Under the pieces are notes generated by a model, which searched no databases, had not been told where the DNA came from, and saw only the letters and a program-made list of their open reading frames with translations. From Alloascoidea hylecoeti (Eukaryota), in NCBI GenBank assembly GCA_001600815.1, contig BCKZ01000043.1, forward strand, positions 16,377 through 78,592: DNA of 62,216 nucleotides. Direction: 5' to 3'. Positions 1 to 13,096 of the stretch are shown here, piece after piece (the stretch's first letter is position 1; the number at the start of each line of letters is the position of its first letter). A program made the translations under genes and the position numbers.

Positions 1-95
1 AGAGCAGCTAAAATTCTGAATTTATCTGAATATTCTAAAATAAGTACAGTTTAAGGTAAATCAATAACAATCTAAACCCTTCAACTTTAGAATCA
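1..95 (+). repeat. 95-bp direct repeat, copy 1 (copy 2 at 12160-12254)
   Basis: agagcagctaaaattctgaa...ctttagaatca reads identically at both places. Confidence 0.9.
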
Positions 96-944
96 ATATC
101 TAAATTTTTAAAATTGAACAAAGTTTTTCTAATAATGCTTTTTGTGAAAGAAATCTAACATATAAAGTAATTTAATAAAAATTCATCAAGATAACCAAAT
201 AAATCTATTGATGAATTATAACATGATCTAACAAGGTTATAATTATATTCTAGATTACCAGTTAATAATGATCTTGGCTTCTATTGGTTGTGTGCTCATT
301 AACTTTGATATATTTATTTGAACCAGCAGCTATTTCTTCCGAAAATGAAGTGACCATAGCGATAGTTCCTTATAACTATAAAAATTCCAAAAACTAAACA
401 GTCAAAAAGTCCTCGATTTACTCCATCTTCACCAGAAAAGTTCTTAGAAGATATCTCTCTTATTCTAGACCATTAAACCATGTTTAAATTTTAAAGGGTT
501 GTCAGCTGTTCTCGCACAAGAGTTAATTGGGAAGACAAGTAGAAAATTGAATAAGCTCATAAACATTGCAGCTATGTAATCTCAAAGATCGATCGTCCTT
601 CTCCCACTTATATTCAATGTTGTTGGTGGTTTCGGTGACAAGTTAAGTATTATGGATTGCATTTTTTGGTGGTGGATTTTCCTTATAATTATAAGGAATC
701 TACATTCATCTTATACTGTCTCTTTAGACAAATCGAAGCCCATTATATATATTATCGCTGAAAGGATCATAACCAATATATAAGTAACTTATGTTGACAA
801 TTATAATGAATTATTCTCATTTGCACGTCAATATTAATGATATCGATGCATATGTTATAACTAAGATGATTCTTCATATATTATAGCGCTAATGATATAA
901 ACACTATTACTTATAACTAACTACATTATTAGTGATAAAACTAA

Positions 945-1750
945 TCATTTGCAATTGATTCCTTCCGATGCTCCTTGATCTATTTTAACTAAATTTTTAT
1001 AAATTTTTGATGGATCTCCTGAAGAACAAATTTCTAATAGTTTTGCATAAACTTTTGCATCATAATGTCTTTGTCTTTGTTCGTCTCTTTTACGTGTACC
1101 TGGATATTTTGGATCACGTAAAGGTCTTGAAGTTAATGGAGTTGTTTTAACTATCAAAACTGGTTCATCATGGGGTATATTATTATCCTTGTCTGGGTTT
1201 GGAGTATTATTATTTGATTCAGAATTAGGTAATAAAGGTTCTTTTAATTCATTAGATTCTAAATTTGATGATGATTGTGAATTTGAATTTTTCATTAGAA
1301 CAGATGGTGGAGTTTCTATATTGTCATTTTTCTCCGAATCTTCAAGAATATCCGATTTATTAGATTTTTCATTAATTTCCTCAGTTTCAGATTCTTTAGA
1401 TTCTTTACTGGTGAATCCATTGGTGAATTTATCAATACAGGTGCTAATAATGGTTCATAAGTGATTAAATTATTTATTGATTTCATTGTTCTTAAATTTT
1501 TAGATGATAAATTTTCTTGTGATTTTGATTTTGATTTTAAATTTGAATTTGAATTTGAATTTGAATTTAATTTTTTTCAGTAGAAATTTTAGAATCATTA
1601 TTATTATTATTTTGTAATTCTTTTTGAGTTGGTAAGAAATTTAATGCTTGTCTTATTGTATTTTTATTTACCTATTTGGTGGTGGTGGTGGTGTATGATA
1701 CAGCAATTCCACTTGATTTAAGCCATTATGATTACTAACTATCGGCCAAT
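945..1750 (-). pseudogene. STE20: STE20/PAK kinase gene fragment, truncated at the start of the kinase domain
   Basis: YAKLLEICSSGDPSKIYKNLVKIDQGASEG matches the recalled Ste20 pre-kinase/P-loop (LYAKLNEICSDGDPSTKYANLVKIGQGASGG); stop right after it; no CRIB domain; upstream frames broken. Confidence 0.75.
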
Positions 1751-2197
1751 TTTGGAACCATAACGACGGGTCATACTGGTAATATTCCCGATGAAATTAG
1801 TTAATAAATAGCCTAAATTAAGTAGCATGACGATATGACGATATATCAAATCATCGTAATTTAATTCATAATCATAATTTTATGGCTTAGCTTTCTATTA
1901 TAGATTTAATTAATTATAACGTTAGTTAACTACAAATTGCAAATTAAATAAAGTTTTCAAAGTATCCCTAAAAAACAATTGCAATAAAAACAAATTTAAA
2001 ATATAAATATGACTATAACTATGAACCCAAATATAGTATTAATTAATTTTATAAACTACGATAATAAAAATGCTCCCAATCCTTCATGCATAGCTTGTAA
2101 AAGCCTTTTCTTCATAAGTTCTATACTAGAATAGTCTGGTAATTTAAGATAATTAGCACATGTTATTACACTTGGTAAATAATCATCTGCTTTTAAT
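977..2197 (-). repeat. Left arm of ~1.2-kb inverted repeat with 61034-62216
   Basis: Reverse complement aligns with the window end with scattered substitutions and indels; ORFs 1189..1464(+) and 61690..62022(-) are near identical. Confidence 0.92.
2056..2196 (-). pseudogene. UFD4: Isolated 3' end of a UFD4/TRIP12-type HECT E3 ligase
   Basis: Translates [46 protein letters not shown], the HECT C-lobe with catalytic Cys; no upstream gene body. Confidence 0.85.
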
Positions 2198-2847
2198 TTC
2201 CCTTATCCTTTATATAACTTACGTTTGATTTTAATGTTTAGTTTTGATTTGTGACCAAAAAATTAAAAAAAATTGTAGTATTCAACTAAATAGATATAAA
2301 TTTATACCATTAAAGCTGTTTTTCTGAAGCTTTTTCTGTTTATTCAAGAAGGATTTAAATAACATCTTGGTGAATTTGAAGCGATTAAAGAAATATTTAT
2401 AGATTCTTTAATGTTAAATCAACAAATTCATCATAATAGTAATAATAAATCTATTAAAAAACAAAACCCCTTTAAAGATTTTGAGTCAAATCTAATTTGA
2501 TGAGATTGTGAAATAATGATATCGCCTAAATAAGCAACTAATACTATTAACATTATTAATAGTAGCAATGAAAGATGGATTGTTGTTATTATAGGTTTCC
2601 AAACAAAGGGCTTGAAATATAAACCAAGTTTGTAGGTTGTTTTCTTATTTATATGTATAACTCTTATATAAATTAGATTTAAATCTTATATAAACCTTAT
2701 AGTTCTACTTATCATCGTTATAATATTAATAGATAAGTTCAAATTGTGATATTCAGGTCAAGTTTTGCAATTATGTTCATACACAAGAAGGAATAAAATA
2801 TTATATATATTTATGCAAAGAAAATGGGTAATCAAAAATAATTCGCA

Positions 2848-4353
2848 CTATGGATGTGAATCCAATAAAAATGAACACATATACTTTAATGTTTGATAAG
2901 CTTCATTAGCAACCGGTATAATGAACTTCTTTGGTAGTAGAAATCCATGTGTACCAGAATCCCTAAGTTTTAATTGGAAAGCCCAAAGAGCATGTGAGTG
3001 GTACATGAAGTCAAGAGAACTACCACCACCAGTATCTTCTCCATTATATGAATCTCGATCTTCACAAGCAGGTAGAACATTGTAATGTTTACCAGAAGTA
3101 AGACGAACCGCTTTAGCTAAACCATAAGCTAATTCTTGCAAATTTTCCAAATCACGAGGTTCCTCCTCACAAGAATAAGCATATGGATATAAAATTTCCT
3201 CTGAATAAGAATGCCAATCCAGATAACCATATACTTTATGAACTCTCTGCTGTTCTGAATCATTTATGAACTTTGCCCAATGGATAGTTTCAATAGCGGC
3301 AAATGCAGTTTCACCGGAGTAATCTTCACCGCATGCCAAATCCACGGACTGCTGCCATTTATAGCCATATGAGTGATCTATATCAACCCCAAAACATTTG
3401 GGAGAATAAGTTGGTTGTCTATTCTTTCTCCATAATCTATCATGCTCCCAAGTATAAGCATAACCATCTGGATTATTAACAGGAATAAACACAAAATCCA
3501 AAGAATCTAAATATTCAGTTTCTAATTTTTTCTTACCATACCTAGAAACCAAATTGTATAAAGAATATAAAACTGAAGTAACTGATATCCATTCTCTCGC
3601 ATGTGTCCCACCATTTATAACGATTGTCTTCTTATCGCTTCCGAAATTATCACCTTGAGCAAAAACATGAACAAATTTATGAGGTCTTCCTTCATAGGTT
3701 TCACCAGCATCCACAACACTAACAAGATCTGGATACGATTTTTCTAACAGATCTAGCCAATTATAAATAGTTTCAAGATCTCTAAAATCCTTGAAAAATA
3801 GTTCCATTAGTTCTATTGAACCTTCATTTTTTTTAGTAATTGAATATTCATTTTTAGATTTTGGATCTGAGTATGTTTCAAAGACTGTTTGTTGTAAGTC
3901 ATCTATCATTTCAGTAACCGTTTCACCAAATGGTAATAATTGTTTGAAGAACTCTAATTCATGTTCAAATATTCTCACATCTGTGAACTTTCGATTCGTC
4001 GCCCAAATATCATACCAAGAAAGTTGTCTAAGAGCATTTCCTATAGCCAAACGATCTAATCTTACTTGAACTGGGATTCGTAAAACGACTTGTCTTGAAT
4101 ATTGATACAAGTTTATAGGCCATTTTTCTGCATCGTATTTAGAGAAATGGACTGGCGCTTTATGATTTTCATTTAAATAATCTTCGTTAATTGAGTGAAT
4201 ATCGAAGGGTGTCTGATCATCTGTCGATCCGAATAATTGTTTGAAAAAAGACATAACGTTTTTCGATGGGTTGTTGGGGAGCCCTGCAAGGGTAGGGGTG
4301 GCCATCGCCGACAAACAAAGAGATGAGAACAGAGATAAGTGGAGTAGTTTCAT
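2848..4353 (-). CDS. ECM14: M14 metallocarboxypeptidase homolog Ecm14 (probably inactive)
   Basis: 501-aa ORF with signal peptide, HAREW, NPDGY, WRKNR and HSYSEEILYPY; FQLKLRD where active enzymes carry the catalytic Glu. Confidence 0.92.
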   Translation of the reverse strand: MKLLHLSLFSSLCLSAMATPTLAGLPNNPSKNVMSFFKQLFGSTDDQTPFDIHSINEDYLNENHKAPVHFSKYDAEKWPINLYQYSRQVVLRIPVQVRLDRLAIGNALRQLSWYDIWATNRKFTDVRIFEHELEFFKQLLPFGETVTEMIDDLQQTVFETYSDPKSKNEYSITKKNEGSIELMELFFKDFRDLETIYNWLDLLEKSYPDLVSVVDAGETYEGRPHKFVHVFAQGDNFGSDKKTIVINGGTHAREWISVTSVLYSLYNLVSRYGKKKLETEYLDSLDFVFIPVNNPDGYAYTWEHDRLWRKNRQPTYSPKCFGVDIDHSYGYKWQQSVDLACGEDYSGETAFAAIETIHWAKFINDSEQQRVHKVYGYLDWHSYSEEILYPYAYSCEEEPRDLENLQELAYGLAKAVRLTSGKHYNVLPACEDRDSYNGEDTGGGSSLDFMYHSHALWAFQLKLRDSGTHGFLLPKKFIIPVANEAYQTLKYMCSFLLDSHP

Positions 4354-4812
4354 GGTTTGGGAATATCACCAAGCATACAACTAAGGTTAATGAAGGTTTC
4401 AAAAAATACCGACAAATACAAAGATGAAACTAACTCAATTGAGAAAAGTAATGAACTTTGGAAACTTTTATAATTAAAGGGAAGTTGCAAAGTCTAATGA
4501 AAAGAGAGATACGGAAAAAGGCAGGGTAACTCTCCAATAAAAATCCCTATTATTATAAGATCTTAAAATGGCATCAAATCATAGTTTATGATAAAGGTGG
4601 ATAATTTTAAACATCACAAATCGAAAATTTATTTCCAGCAGTAACAAAATCAACATCATAAATATATATATAACCCAAATAAAAAAAACCATATAAAGCA
4701 AATAAATCAAATGGCATTCATGTTTGCCCATATAACGATAAAGTAACAAAAATATAACAAAAATATAACAAAAATATAATAAACAAAAAGTAACATATGA
4801 AGATGATCAATA

Positions 4813-5394
4813 TCATATCACGCTCCAAATCCCATTATCATCATTCCATAATTGTAGTATATAAACTCTTAAAGCGTTCCATTTTTTCATTAGCATCAAA
4901 CATAAGCAAAGCATATTGAACAATATTGAAAATAACATAGCCATTGACATAATTGAATGATAAATAACAAACAAGGTTACTATCACCAGTCTACTTATCG
5001 TTTGATTCCAATTCACCTCTATTATACATCCGGATTTATAAATTATTCGAAAAAAAGAAGATCTTGGCTGTTTCGAAAACCCACTTGATAAGAAATCGGT
5101 TAGATCTGTGGTTGCATTATCCAAGAAACCGAGGTCAATACATTTCACAACAATCAACTTCAGAAGCTGTATTAAAAGTATAACAATGGCGTATTCCGCT
5201 GTTGCACGTAACGTTCTTAGTGATAATCCAATTCTTGGTCGTTGTTCCCTATGTATATTCATATTCAAAGCCTGCTCGCCTGAGACTTCATATAGGTCTT
5301 GTTCCCCTCCATCTTCATCACTGGCATCGCCATGTGTAATAAAATCGCCAGGTATATTATCTGAGCTTCTTCTTCTTCTTCTACTAAAAGACAT
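4813..5394 (-). CDS. Membrane protein, possibly Asi2-like inner nuclear membrane protein (193 aa)
   Basis: First ATG at 5394 with a Reb1 site about 80 bp upstream; hydrophobic segments; C-terminus LFNMLCLCLMLMKKW...NGIW loosely resembles yeast Asi2 as recalled. Confidence 0.6.
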   Translation of the reverse strand: MSFSRRRRRSSDNIPGDFITHGDASDEDGGEQDLYEVSGEQALNMNIHREQRPRIGLSLRTLRATAEYAIVILLIQLLKLIVVKCIDLGFLDNATTDLTDFLSSGFSKQPRSSFFRIIYKSGCIIEVNWNQTISRLVIVTLFVIYHSIMSMAMLFSILFNMLCLCLMLMKKWNALRVYILQLWNDDNGIWSVI

Positions 5395-5474
5395 ATTTGT
5401 TGGTAATGGACAATGTAAATGGTTTTGTTTTAGTATCAGAAAAGTATAATATCTTAGACTTAGCGTCAAGGAAT

Positions 5475-5482
5475 CCGGGTAA
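5475..5482 (+). promoter_or_regulatory. Reb1-like site CCGGGTAA
   Basis: Exact motif upstream of the 5394 ATG; motif recurs at 12043, 20411, 35143, 47298, 54082 and 59987. Confidence 0.6.
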
Positions 5483-6518
5483 TAACCAGGCTTGGTAAAA
5501 TGTTATTCTTTTCGCCAACTTGAAGGTTATGATTGTAACGAGATTAAGACATAAATATCAAGATATCGTGTTAGAACTTCAACATGATAAACTAACAGTC
5601 ATTCTATTCTCCAGCTGCATACTCATTCCAACACTTCATAGATTCACGTGCGGCTTTCTAATATGGAGTCAAGAAGATTTAAGGGAATTTAAAATGTAAG
5701 AATCAAAGATATATATATCAGCCTTTACAATTTACACTTATACTAGAGATTATAATCTTAAAAATAAAAAAAATCTGTATGGTTCGTGGAGCTTTATACG
5801 CACTCAAAACTTTTGAGCTGTTGATATTGAAATCTCCAGAATTAAATCCAGTTACGTCTTAAGTTCACAGATTTCTTCTTTTAAGGACCTAGCGAAATAT
5901 AAAACACAAAAGGATCTGAAGGAGTTTAGATGTTGACTATGATGAACTTCAGATGAAGACTTATTTCTTTTCACATACGGTAGTATCGCTGTCGGCAGAT
6001 CCACATTTTGCATGAGCTATAGCTGCTGAAACATAAACGCATTGATTTGAGAGCTCAAGTAATATGTAATTAACTTCCAAATTAAATAACGCTTTTATCT
6101 TTGATATTTGACAATCATGATATCTATCGATCTGGTCATGAATTCCAATCAATAACATAACTAGTGGATAAAAATATAATTTGTTATCTAAAGAAATTCG
6201 ACTTAAGATTAAGAGGATCAAAAGTAGAGTAGCAAATAATTCAACCTGAAGTGTTGTATTTTGTGTAATATTAGCGTTATCGGTGAATCATGTTTGAATG
6301 TTAGATAATTATGAAGGAAAACACATTTTGATTTCGTTGCGTAATTGGCTGCGTTTTTTTCATGTATCCATGAAATTTTAATACTTAGTCTTCATGACTT
6401 CGCATATTATTCATATAACATCCTATATGTATCAACATTCTTATAGCTATAAAATCATCGCTTTTTATTTCAATATTTCTTTTTTTTTTTATTTTTGATT
6501 TTCGCCCCTGGATGGAAA

Positions 6519-8369
6519 ATGTTGCCGAAATGTTTACAGCTATCAAAAAGTACTTGGCTAATGGTATTGGTTATGTACTCGTCGGTAATGAACGGTAGCG
6601 TAAGTCATGAATCAGATCTAAAAGGCTCTTCAGGAGTATTATTGGTAACAAATCTATTGTTCTTTTTCTGTAGACGGCCGGTTACGATCAAAGTATGATA
6701 AGTAACATCAACACCCTCAAAACATACACAGATTGTACGTAAACATAGCAAATTTCATGGTATCAAACTTGGCTAATAATAAACACTTTTTGAATACAGA
6801 CTTTGACCTAGATGACAACTACCAAGGATTATTTTCCTCAGCGATTAATATTGGTTCTATTGTGGGGGGCTTATTTTCAGCTTATCTATCAGATCGATTA
6901 GGAAGAAAACAAGGTAAGGCCAAGCTTTTTCGTAAACTTATTTATTCTCTTAATTTCTCTTAGCTCGATTTCTTTCGCAAGGCTTTACAAATATTAAATT
7001 TAATTTTTATTATGATTAAAACTAACAACCTTTGAAATTTAAAGGTATTCTTATTTCAGCAATAATCACCTTTGTTGGTGTTGCGATGCAATCTGCAGCC
7101 ACAAACAGAGCTGTCTTCGTTATCGGTCGGGTCATAATTGGTGTGGCAGTTACATTGAATAATGTCGCTGCTCCAACTTATGTTGCTGAATTATCACTTC
7201 CTAAATATAGAGGTTTATTAACTGGTCTTTATATGGCTGCTTGGTTTATTGCTGCTATTGTAGCAAGTGGATTAATCATAGGAACATACAATATTCCTAA
7301 CACTTGGTCCTGGAGAATTACATCAATCGTTCAAGCTGTACCATCACTATTATCTTTACCAACATTACCATTCATGCCCGAATCTCCTCGTTATCTAATA
7401 AATTTGGGAAGGGATGCCGAAGCTCTAAAAGTTCTTGCTGATTATCATGGAAACGGAGATCCCCGTAATGAATTCGTAGAAGCTGAATTTTTGGAAATTA
7501 AACAAACACTTCATGCAGAAACAGCTTTTAAAACAACTTGGGTAGGTCTATTTCAATCAACTGGTAATAGGTGGAGAATGATGATAATTATCCTTATGGG
7601 CCTATTTTCTCAATTTTCTGGTTCTAACTTGGTTGGTGTTTATATTAGTCAAATCATGGAACAAGCTGGTGTTACCGGAGAACTTGCTCAAATGAACATT
7701 AATATAACTGTTCAAGTTGCAAACTTGTTTGCTGCTATAGCTGGTTCATTTTTCACCGAAATATGGGGAAGACGACCAATTCTATTATCATGTTCATTCC
7801 TTATGGCTATTGTATTCTTCATTATTGGTGCATTACTTTCAGTATATGGTGATAATTCAAAAGATACAACTGCAACACCAGTGGTTATTGTTTTCATTTA
7901 TATCTTTAATGTAATTTACTCATTTTCTTTCATACCTCTTTCAACTTCATATCCTGTTGAAATTGTAAGTTATGGAATTCGTACAAAAGGCATGTCATTA
8001 ACTCAAATCGTAACATATAGCTTTGCATTTATAAATCAATATTTATTACCACTTGCAATTGATCATATTGGTTGGAAACTTTATATGATTAATGCTGGAT
8101 TTAATGTTGCGCAAACGATTATTATTTATTTATTATTTGTTGAAACAAAAGGTAGAACATTGGAAGAAGTTGATATTTTATTTGATTCAGTTGAAGGATC
8201 AGGTAGCATGAGGAAACGTATCAAAAATGTGATTTTGAGAAGGAAACCTGCTAGTACCTATTTGGATCATAGAAACCCCACACCAGACGCTGAAAATGAC
8301 AATACGAAAACTTCATCCACTGAAGAGATGACTTTAGAGAGAAAGGATAAAGAGGAATTAATACCTTAA
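6519..8369 (+). CDS. MFS sugar porter, Lac12/cellodextrin-transporter-like; exons 6519-6599, 6674-6734, 6800-6913, 7045-8369
   Basis: Spliced product reads MNGSTAGYDQSMISNINTLKTYTDYFDL...SDRLGRKQGIL; PESPRYL, QFSG, VETKGRTLEE motifs; introns gtaagt..tag, gtacgt..cag, gtaagg..aag keep frame. Confidence 0.88.
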
Positions 8370-8994
8370 GATTGAAGTTTATATCCGTTTTAAAAATGCA
8401 TTTTTAGTTAGGTTTTGTTTTCTTTTTGAGTCTTTGTAAAGTGAATGATAGTTTTTCATATCCACTTCTTACCGTGCCTATATATTGTCCTTGTTATTAA
8501 TTGTAATATATGTAGCTATATTTCAACGTTGGATTGTGTCCTAAATTAGATAAATTTTTGATGGTAATCCCATTCATAAATCTAAAATCAAGTATACTTT
8601 CCCGGATAATATTTAAACAAACACATACAGCCGCGCCATGTCTAAAGTTTCTCAGTTTTCCAAATGAAGAAATCATAGTGATAGGCCTTAAAATGTCCTA
8701 TAATAGTGAATAATGTTCCCAGAATTTTAAGGATTCTACTGGTCCATTAAATGACATTTTCAGTCAGGCGCCCGGGCTCTTAACGTCGTACATCACGGTG
8801 ATAAACCAAAAATAATATTATTGATAAGATTTCTAAACAAATCAATTATACGGATATTAACACCAAATAAATGGTACTACAAATAGGATTGATATTAATC
8901 TACATATTGAACTATGAACTATTAACTAGGGTTGATATAACCATATCTACAACACCATTTATATTCAAGTTTTAATCCATTAATTTGGGGTTCA

Positions 8995-9185
8995 TATCAG
9001 TCTGATATCTGGTCTTCAAATTGGTAGGGTATTTTGGTATTCAGTGTTGGATAGTAAGGTTTGTTGTGTTAGATATTAAGTAAGGCTCGATATTTAGTAG
9101 TTAATATATAGTCAGCCATTTCCACTTGTTTTGATAGATCACATATATATACAATAATAAACAGATAATAACTACAGTTTTCTAG
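8995..9185 (+). repeat. Degenerate 5' LTR of the Ty1/copia relic
   Basis: Shares blocks (aggctcgat, tatatagtcagc, acttgtt, acagataata) with the LTR-like element at 37459-37688 and lies just upstream of gag. Confidence 0.5.
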
Positions 9186-9188
9186 TGT

Positions 9189-10430
9189 GTGTTAGGTGCG
9201 GCAATTTCAACAGCAACGATCCGAGCTTTGCCCAAATTAGTAATAGGAAAGGACAACTCATCTTGTGAACGGTGGTATTATGCTGTAATGTCGACCTTAC
9301 GGAGATATGGTCTGGCTAAATATATCTCGCCGACAGAAGGAGCAGCTTTTTATGAGGATAATGGAAAGCTAAAGAAAACACTGTCGGAAAGAGAAGTTTT
9401 AGAGCACGACAATGTGATAACCATTTTGTTGGGATCAACAGCGGTTGATCTACAAGTCTATATTGATGTTAGAAAAGGTGCTTTAACAAGTTATGTGAAC
9501 TTGAAGAAGGTATTCCACTACCAAAAGTCGGTACCTATTTTGTTAAGAGAGATCACCAGTTTAAGATTTGATGGTGATGAGACTGTTATGAAATTTGAGA
9601 CTAAATTTCAACAATATTTGCGAGATCTTGAGAGTGGCGGATTACAAATGAACGATGAAATTGCTGATTCACTATTATTGAGTACATTATCAGGTCCTTA
9701 TGAAAGAATCACCGATGATTTGATGAATAGTAATAATGGTAAGGATTATTCGGATATCCTAAATAGGATGTTAGATATTGAAGAGTCAATAAAAGATAAA
9801 GATACAGTTGTTATTGGAAAGGTTAATACACAACATAATGCAAATTCAAATCGTGGAAGAAATAATAATAATCGTGGTGGTTATAAAAATAATAATAATA
9901 GAGGAAATTATAACCAAAGAAACGAACCACGTAAATGCTATAAATGTGATTCTTTAGATCATATTTACTGGAATTGCCCTATTAAGAAAGCCAGGATGAA
10001 ACTAATAGGAAATCTAAAGAAACCACCAAGAGTGAAGTAGATTATAAAGATACTGAAAGTATTTTTATGGCTACAACTGAAAATAATTCAAAGGATTTTG
10101 GTTTCAGGAGCCGGTTTTGGAATAATGAATAACAGTATATATATTCATGATTTTACTGAAGATTTAGCAGATATACCAATAATCACATCCATTTCTGGTG
10201 AAGTATTGAAGATACATGGTCAGGGTAACATGAAGTTATTATTAGGAGAACAATACGTTTTTATAAGATATATTTTAGTTAAAAATAGCCCCAACGTCAT
10301 CCCTACTAGAGAACTTCATAATTTAGGTTTCTATATTAGGGAAAACAAGAAACAAGATTGGCTTGTTTATGAGGATGAATTGAAGCCAGTTGCCCGTATT
10401 TATCGACGTGATGGTAATTTCCCTTCGAAA
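9189..10430 (+). mobile_element. Ty1/copia retrotransposon gag and inactivated protease
   Basis: gag ORF 9189-10040 with zinc knuckle CYKCDSLDHIYWNC; downstream RILVSGAG is a decayed WILDSGA aspartic protease motif, out of frame. Confidence 0.85.
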
Positions 10431-10709
10431 TAGAATGGGACTTGTTAATGGTCTTGCACACATGGGAAGTGCTGATCCAAAAGATAGACCTGGTTCTGGT
10501 GCTGGTCCAGCAATCACAATGACACTTTCATCTCTATTAACTAAAACACCTGTTCCAAGTGATTCAGCATTGACTGGAGAAATGACATTACATGGTAAAA
10601 TTTTGGTGCTCATCTAGCAGGTGTAACAAAAGTAATAGAATTGGATGGCGAAAATTTTATTAAACAAGAATTAGATGTCGATATTCAATATGTTGGTAGC
10701 ATTTGGAAT
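10425..10709 (+). pseudogene. Deletion-riddled fragment of a (peroxisomal-type) Lon protease C-terminal domain
   Basis: GLVNGLAHMGS, PKDRPGSGAG, ALTGEMTLHGKIL, GVTKVI and IQYVGSIW occur in the order of Lon S16 proteolytic-domain motifs (PKDGPSAG, AMTGEITLRGKVL). Confidence 0.75.
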
Positions 10710-11699
10710 NNNNNNNNNNNNNNNNNNNNNNNNNNNNNNNNNNNNNNNNNNNNNNNNNNNNNNNNNNNNNNNNNNNNNNNNNNNNNNNNNNNNNNNNNNN
10801 NNNNNNNNNNNNNNNNNNNNNNNNNNNNNNNNNNNNNNNNNNNNNNNNNNNNNNNNNNNNNNNNNNNNNNNNNNNNNNNNNNNNNNNNNNNNNNNNNNNN
10901 NNNNNNNNNNNNNNNNNNNNNNNNNNNNNNNNNNNNNNNNNNNNNNNNNNNNNNNNNNNNNNNNNNNNNNNNNNNNNNNNNNNNNNNNNNNNNNNNNNNN
11001 NNNNNNNNNNNNNNNNNNNNNNNNNNNNNNNNNNNNNNNNNNNNNNNNNNNNNNNNNNNNNNNNNNNNNNNNNNNNNNNNNNNNNNNNNNNNNNNNNNNN
11101 NNNNNNNNNNNNNNNNNNNNNNNNNNNNNNNNNNNNNNNNNNNNNNNNNNNNNNNNNNNNNNNNNNNNNNNNNNNNNNNNNNNNNNNNNNNNNNNNNNNN
11201 NNNNNNNNNNNNNNNNNNNNNNNNNNNNNNNNNNNNNNNNNNNNNNNNNNNNNNNNNNNNNNNNNNNNNNNNNNNNNNNNNNNNNNNNNNNNNNNNNNNN
11301 NNNNNNNNNNNNNNNNNNNNNNNNNNNNNNNNNNNNNNNNNNNNNNNNNNNNNNNNNNNNNNNNNNNNNNNNNNNNNNNNNNNNNNNNNNNNNNNNNNNN
11401 NNNNNNNNNNNNNNNNNNNNNNNNNNNNNNNNNNNNNNNNNNNNNNNNNNNNNNNNNNNNNNNNNNNNNNNNNNNNNNNNNNNNNNNNNNNNNNNNNNNN
11501 NNNNNNNNNNNNNNNNNNNNNNNNNNNNNNNNNNNNNNNNNNNNNNNNNNNNNNNNNNNNNNNNNNNNNNNNNNNNNNNNNNNNNNNNNNNNNNNNNNNN
11601 NNNNNNNNNNNNNNNNNNNNNNNNNNNNNNNNNNNNNNNNNNNNNNNNNNNNNNNNNNNNNNNNNNNNNNNNNNNNNNNNNNNNNNNNNNNNNNNNNNN
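10710..11699. other. Assembly gap (990 N)
   Basis: Run of N. Confidence 1.
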
Positions 11700-11976
11700 C
11701 TGGAAATTCAAAAAACCCAACTAATGGTAGATTGAATAATATGTTATTTGCGAAACTTCCGCCGTAAATATACTTGGCTATGATATCTTGATTCTTAGCG
11801 CTAATCCTGATCCGATCCAGATTATTCTTCTCATGTAAGTCACCAAAATATGATTTGAGAACTATGTCTTCAAATATTCGTCCCTGTTCATTAGAATTCG
11901 AACGACTTTCAAGGTCTTGAATACGTTTCTCGACTTCACGTTCAAGCTGTAAGAATTGCTCTCGGTAACCATTCAT
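11700..11976 (-). CDS. 5' part of an unidentified ORF running into the gap
   Basis: 92 open codons from an ATG with a Reb1 site about 70 bp upstream; no family recognised. Confidence 0.4.
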
Positions 11977-12159
11977 ATTAATGATAAAAGAAGTTGATTG
12001 ATTAATTAAAAGGGGGTTGGGAAGAGCAGGCAGAGTTGATATCCGGGTAACATTTAAAATTGCAATTATCTCTTTATTAATCTATTTATATTAAATTTAT
12101 ATATATAAATTCCCAATTCCTGACTTTCAACAGATGTATTTAATCCATCGATGACATCG

Positions 12160-12254
12160 AGAGCAGCTAAAATTCTGAATTTATCTGAATATTCTAAAAT
12201 AAGTACAGTTTAAGGTAAATCAATAACAATCTAAACCCTTCAACTTTAGAATCA
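12160..12254 (+). repeat. 95-bp direct repeat, copy 2 of 1-95
   Basis: Identical sequence. Confidence 0.9.
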
Positions 12255-12289
12255 GTGTCTTTATGATTCTTTAAATATTGAGAAGAAAA

Positions 12290-12700
12290 TCAATCATGTT
12301 CATTCTAAATATAATATGCACATATAGGAAAATCACTATTACTTAATAAGAATTCAATGTTTTCAGACAAAGAAAAAGAAGAGGATTGTTTAAGTTGTGC
12401 TGTTGGTAAAACACAGAGACAACAAATGGTATCTAAAAATGATAAATATTTAGATGATTTGGAAATTTATGCTGACATAGCTGGTCCTTTTAATGTATCA
12501 AAAGCTGGTGCTAGATACTTACTTCTTTTTAAAGATAGGAATTAAATGTGTTTTTCCATTCACAATTAGTCACAAGACTAATTTTGAAAAATATTTTATA
12601 ATTCTATATGAATTCTTACTCAATCAAACTGGAATGCGCATAAAGAATTATAAGGCTGGTAATTAGTGTTTTGACAGCTTCAATTTTTGCTCTATCACAT
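12290..12700 (+). mobile_element. Ty1/copia integrase remnant
   Basis: HSKYNMH...CLSCAVGK zinc finger followed by IYADIAGPF..GARYLLLFKD (first D of the DDE core); frames break afterwards. Confidence 0.78.
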
Positions 12701-13096
12701 CTACATGCCATCACATCTATTTTATATATAGAAACATTAATTAATTCAAATGTTGAGTATAAAAGTGTCTAAAAAGTTAAAGTGGGATCAGGAAGCAGGA
12801 TATATCGATATATAAATTCAAACCATAATTAATTTAATCTTAGTAGGAGATTAGACAAATATAATTGAAACAAGGAAAATAATTCGCTGGATATTATTAA
12901 TGCATCGTGGTTACCAGCTATTAGTTACCATGAACAAATACGTACAAACATTGTAATATACTAGTGAATAAAAGACATTAACTTATTATAAATATATATA
13001 GGCTAGCTAGAGCGTATACTTTGTGTGTGTGTTTGATTAATTTAACTACCAATATAATCGGTCATAATAGTAATACAACGTTTAGATTATGATCAA

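Noticed and set aside
1189..1464. Antisense/overlapping ORFs (also 3791, 5108, 20768, 28155, 30633-32322, 40140-41264, 52640, 53170, 61690)
   Set aside because: Shadows of real genes or low-complexity DNA, mostly with non-ATG starts
977..2197. RIP-like hypermutation between the inverted-repeat arms
   Set aside because: Differences inspected are transitions in both directions and too few to show a dinucleotide bias
10641..11767. Long ORFs spanning the N run
   Set aside because: Artefacts of translating the assembly gap
11700..11976. Nkp1/Fta4 kinetochore identity for the gap-truncated ORF
   Set aside because: Resemblance limited to QDIIAKYIY; too weak to name
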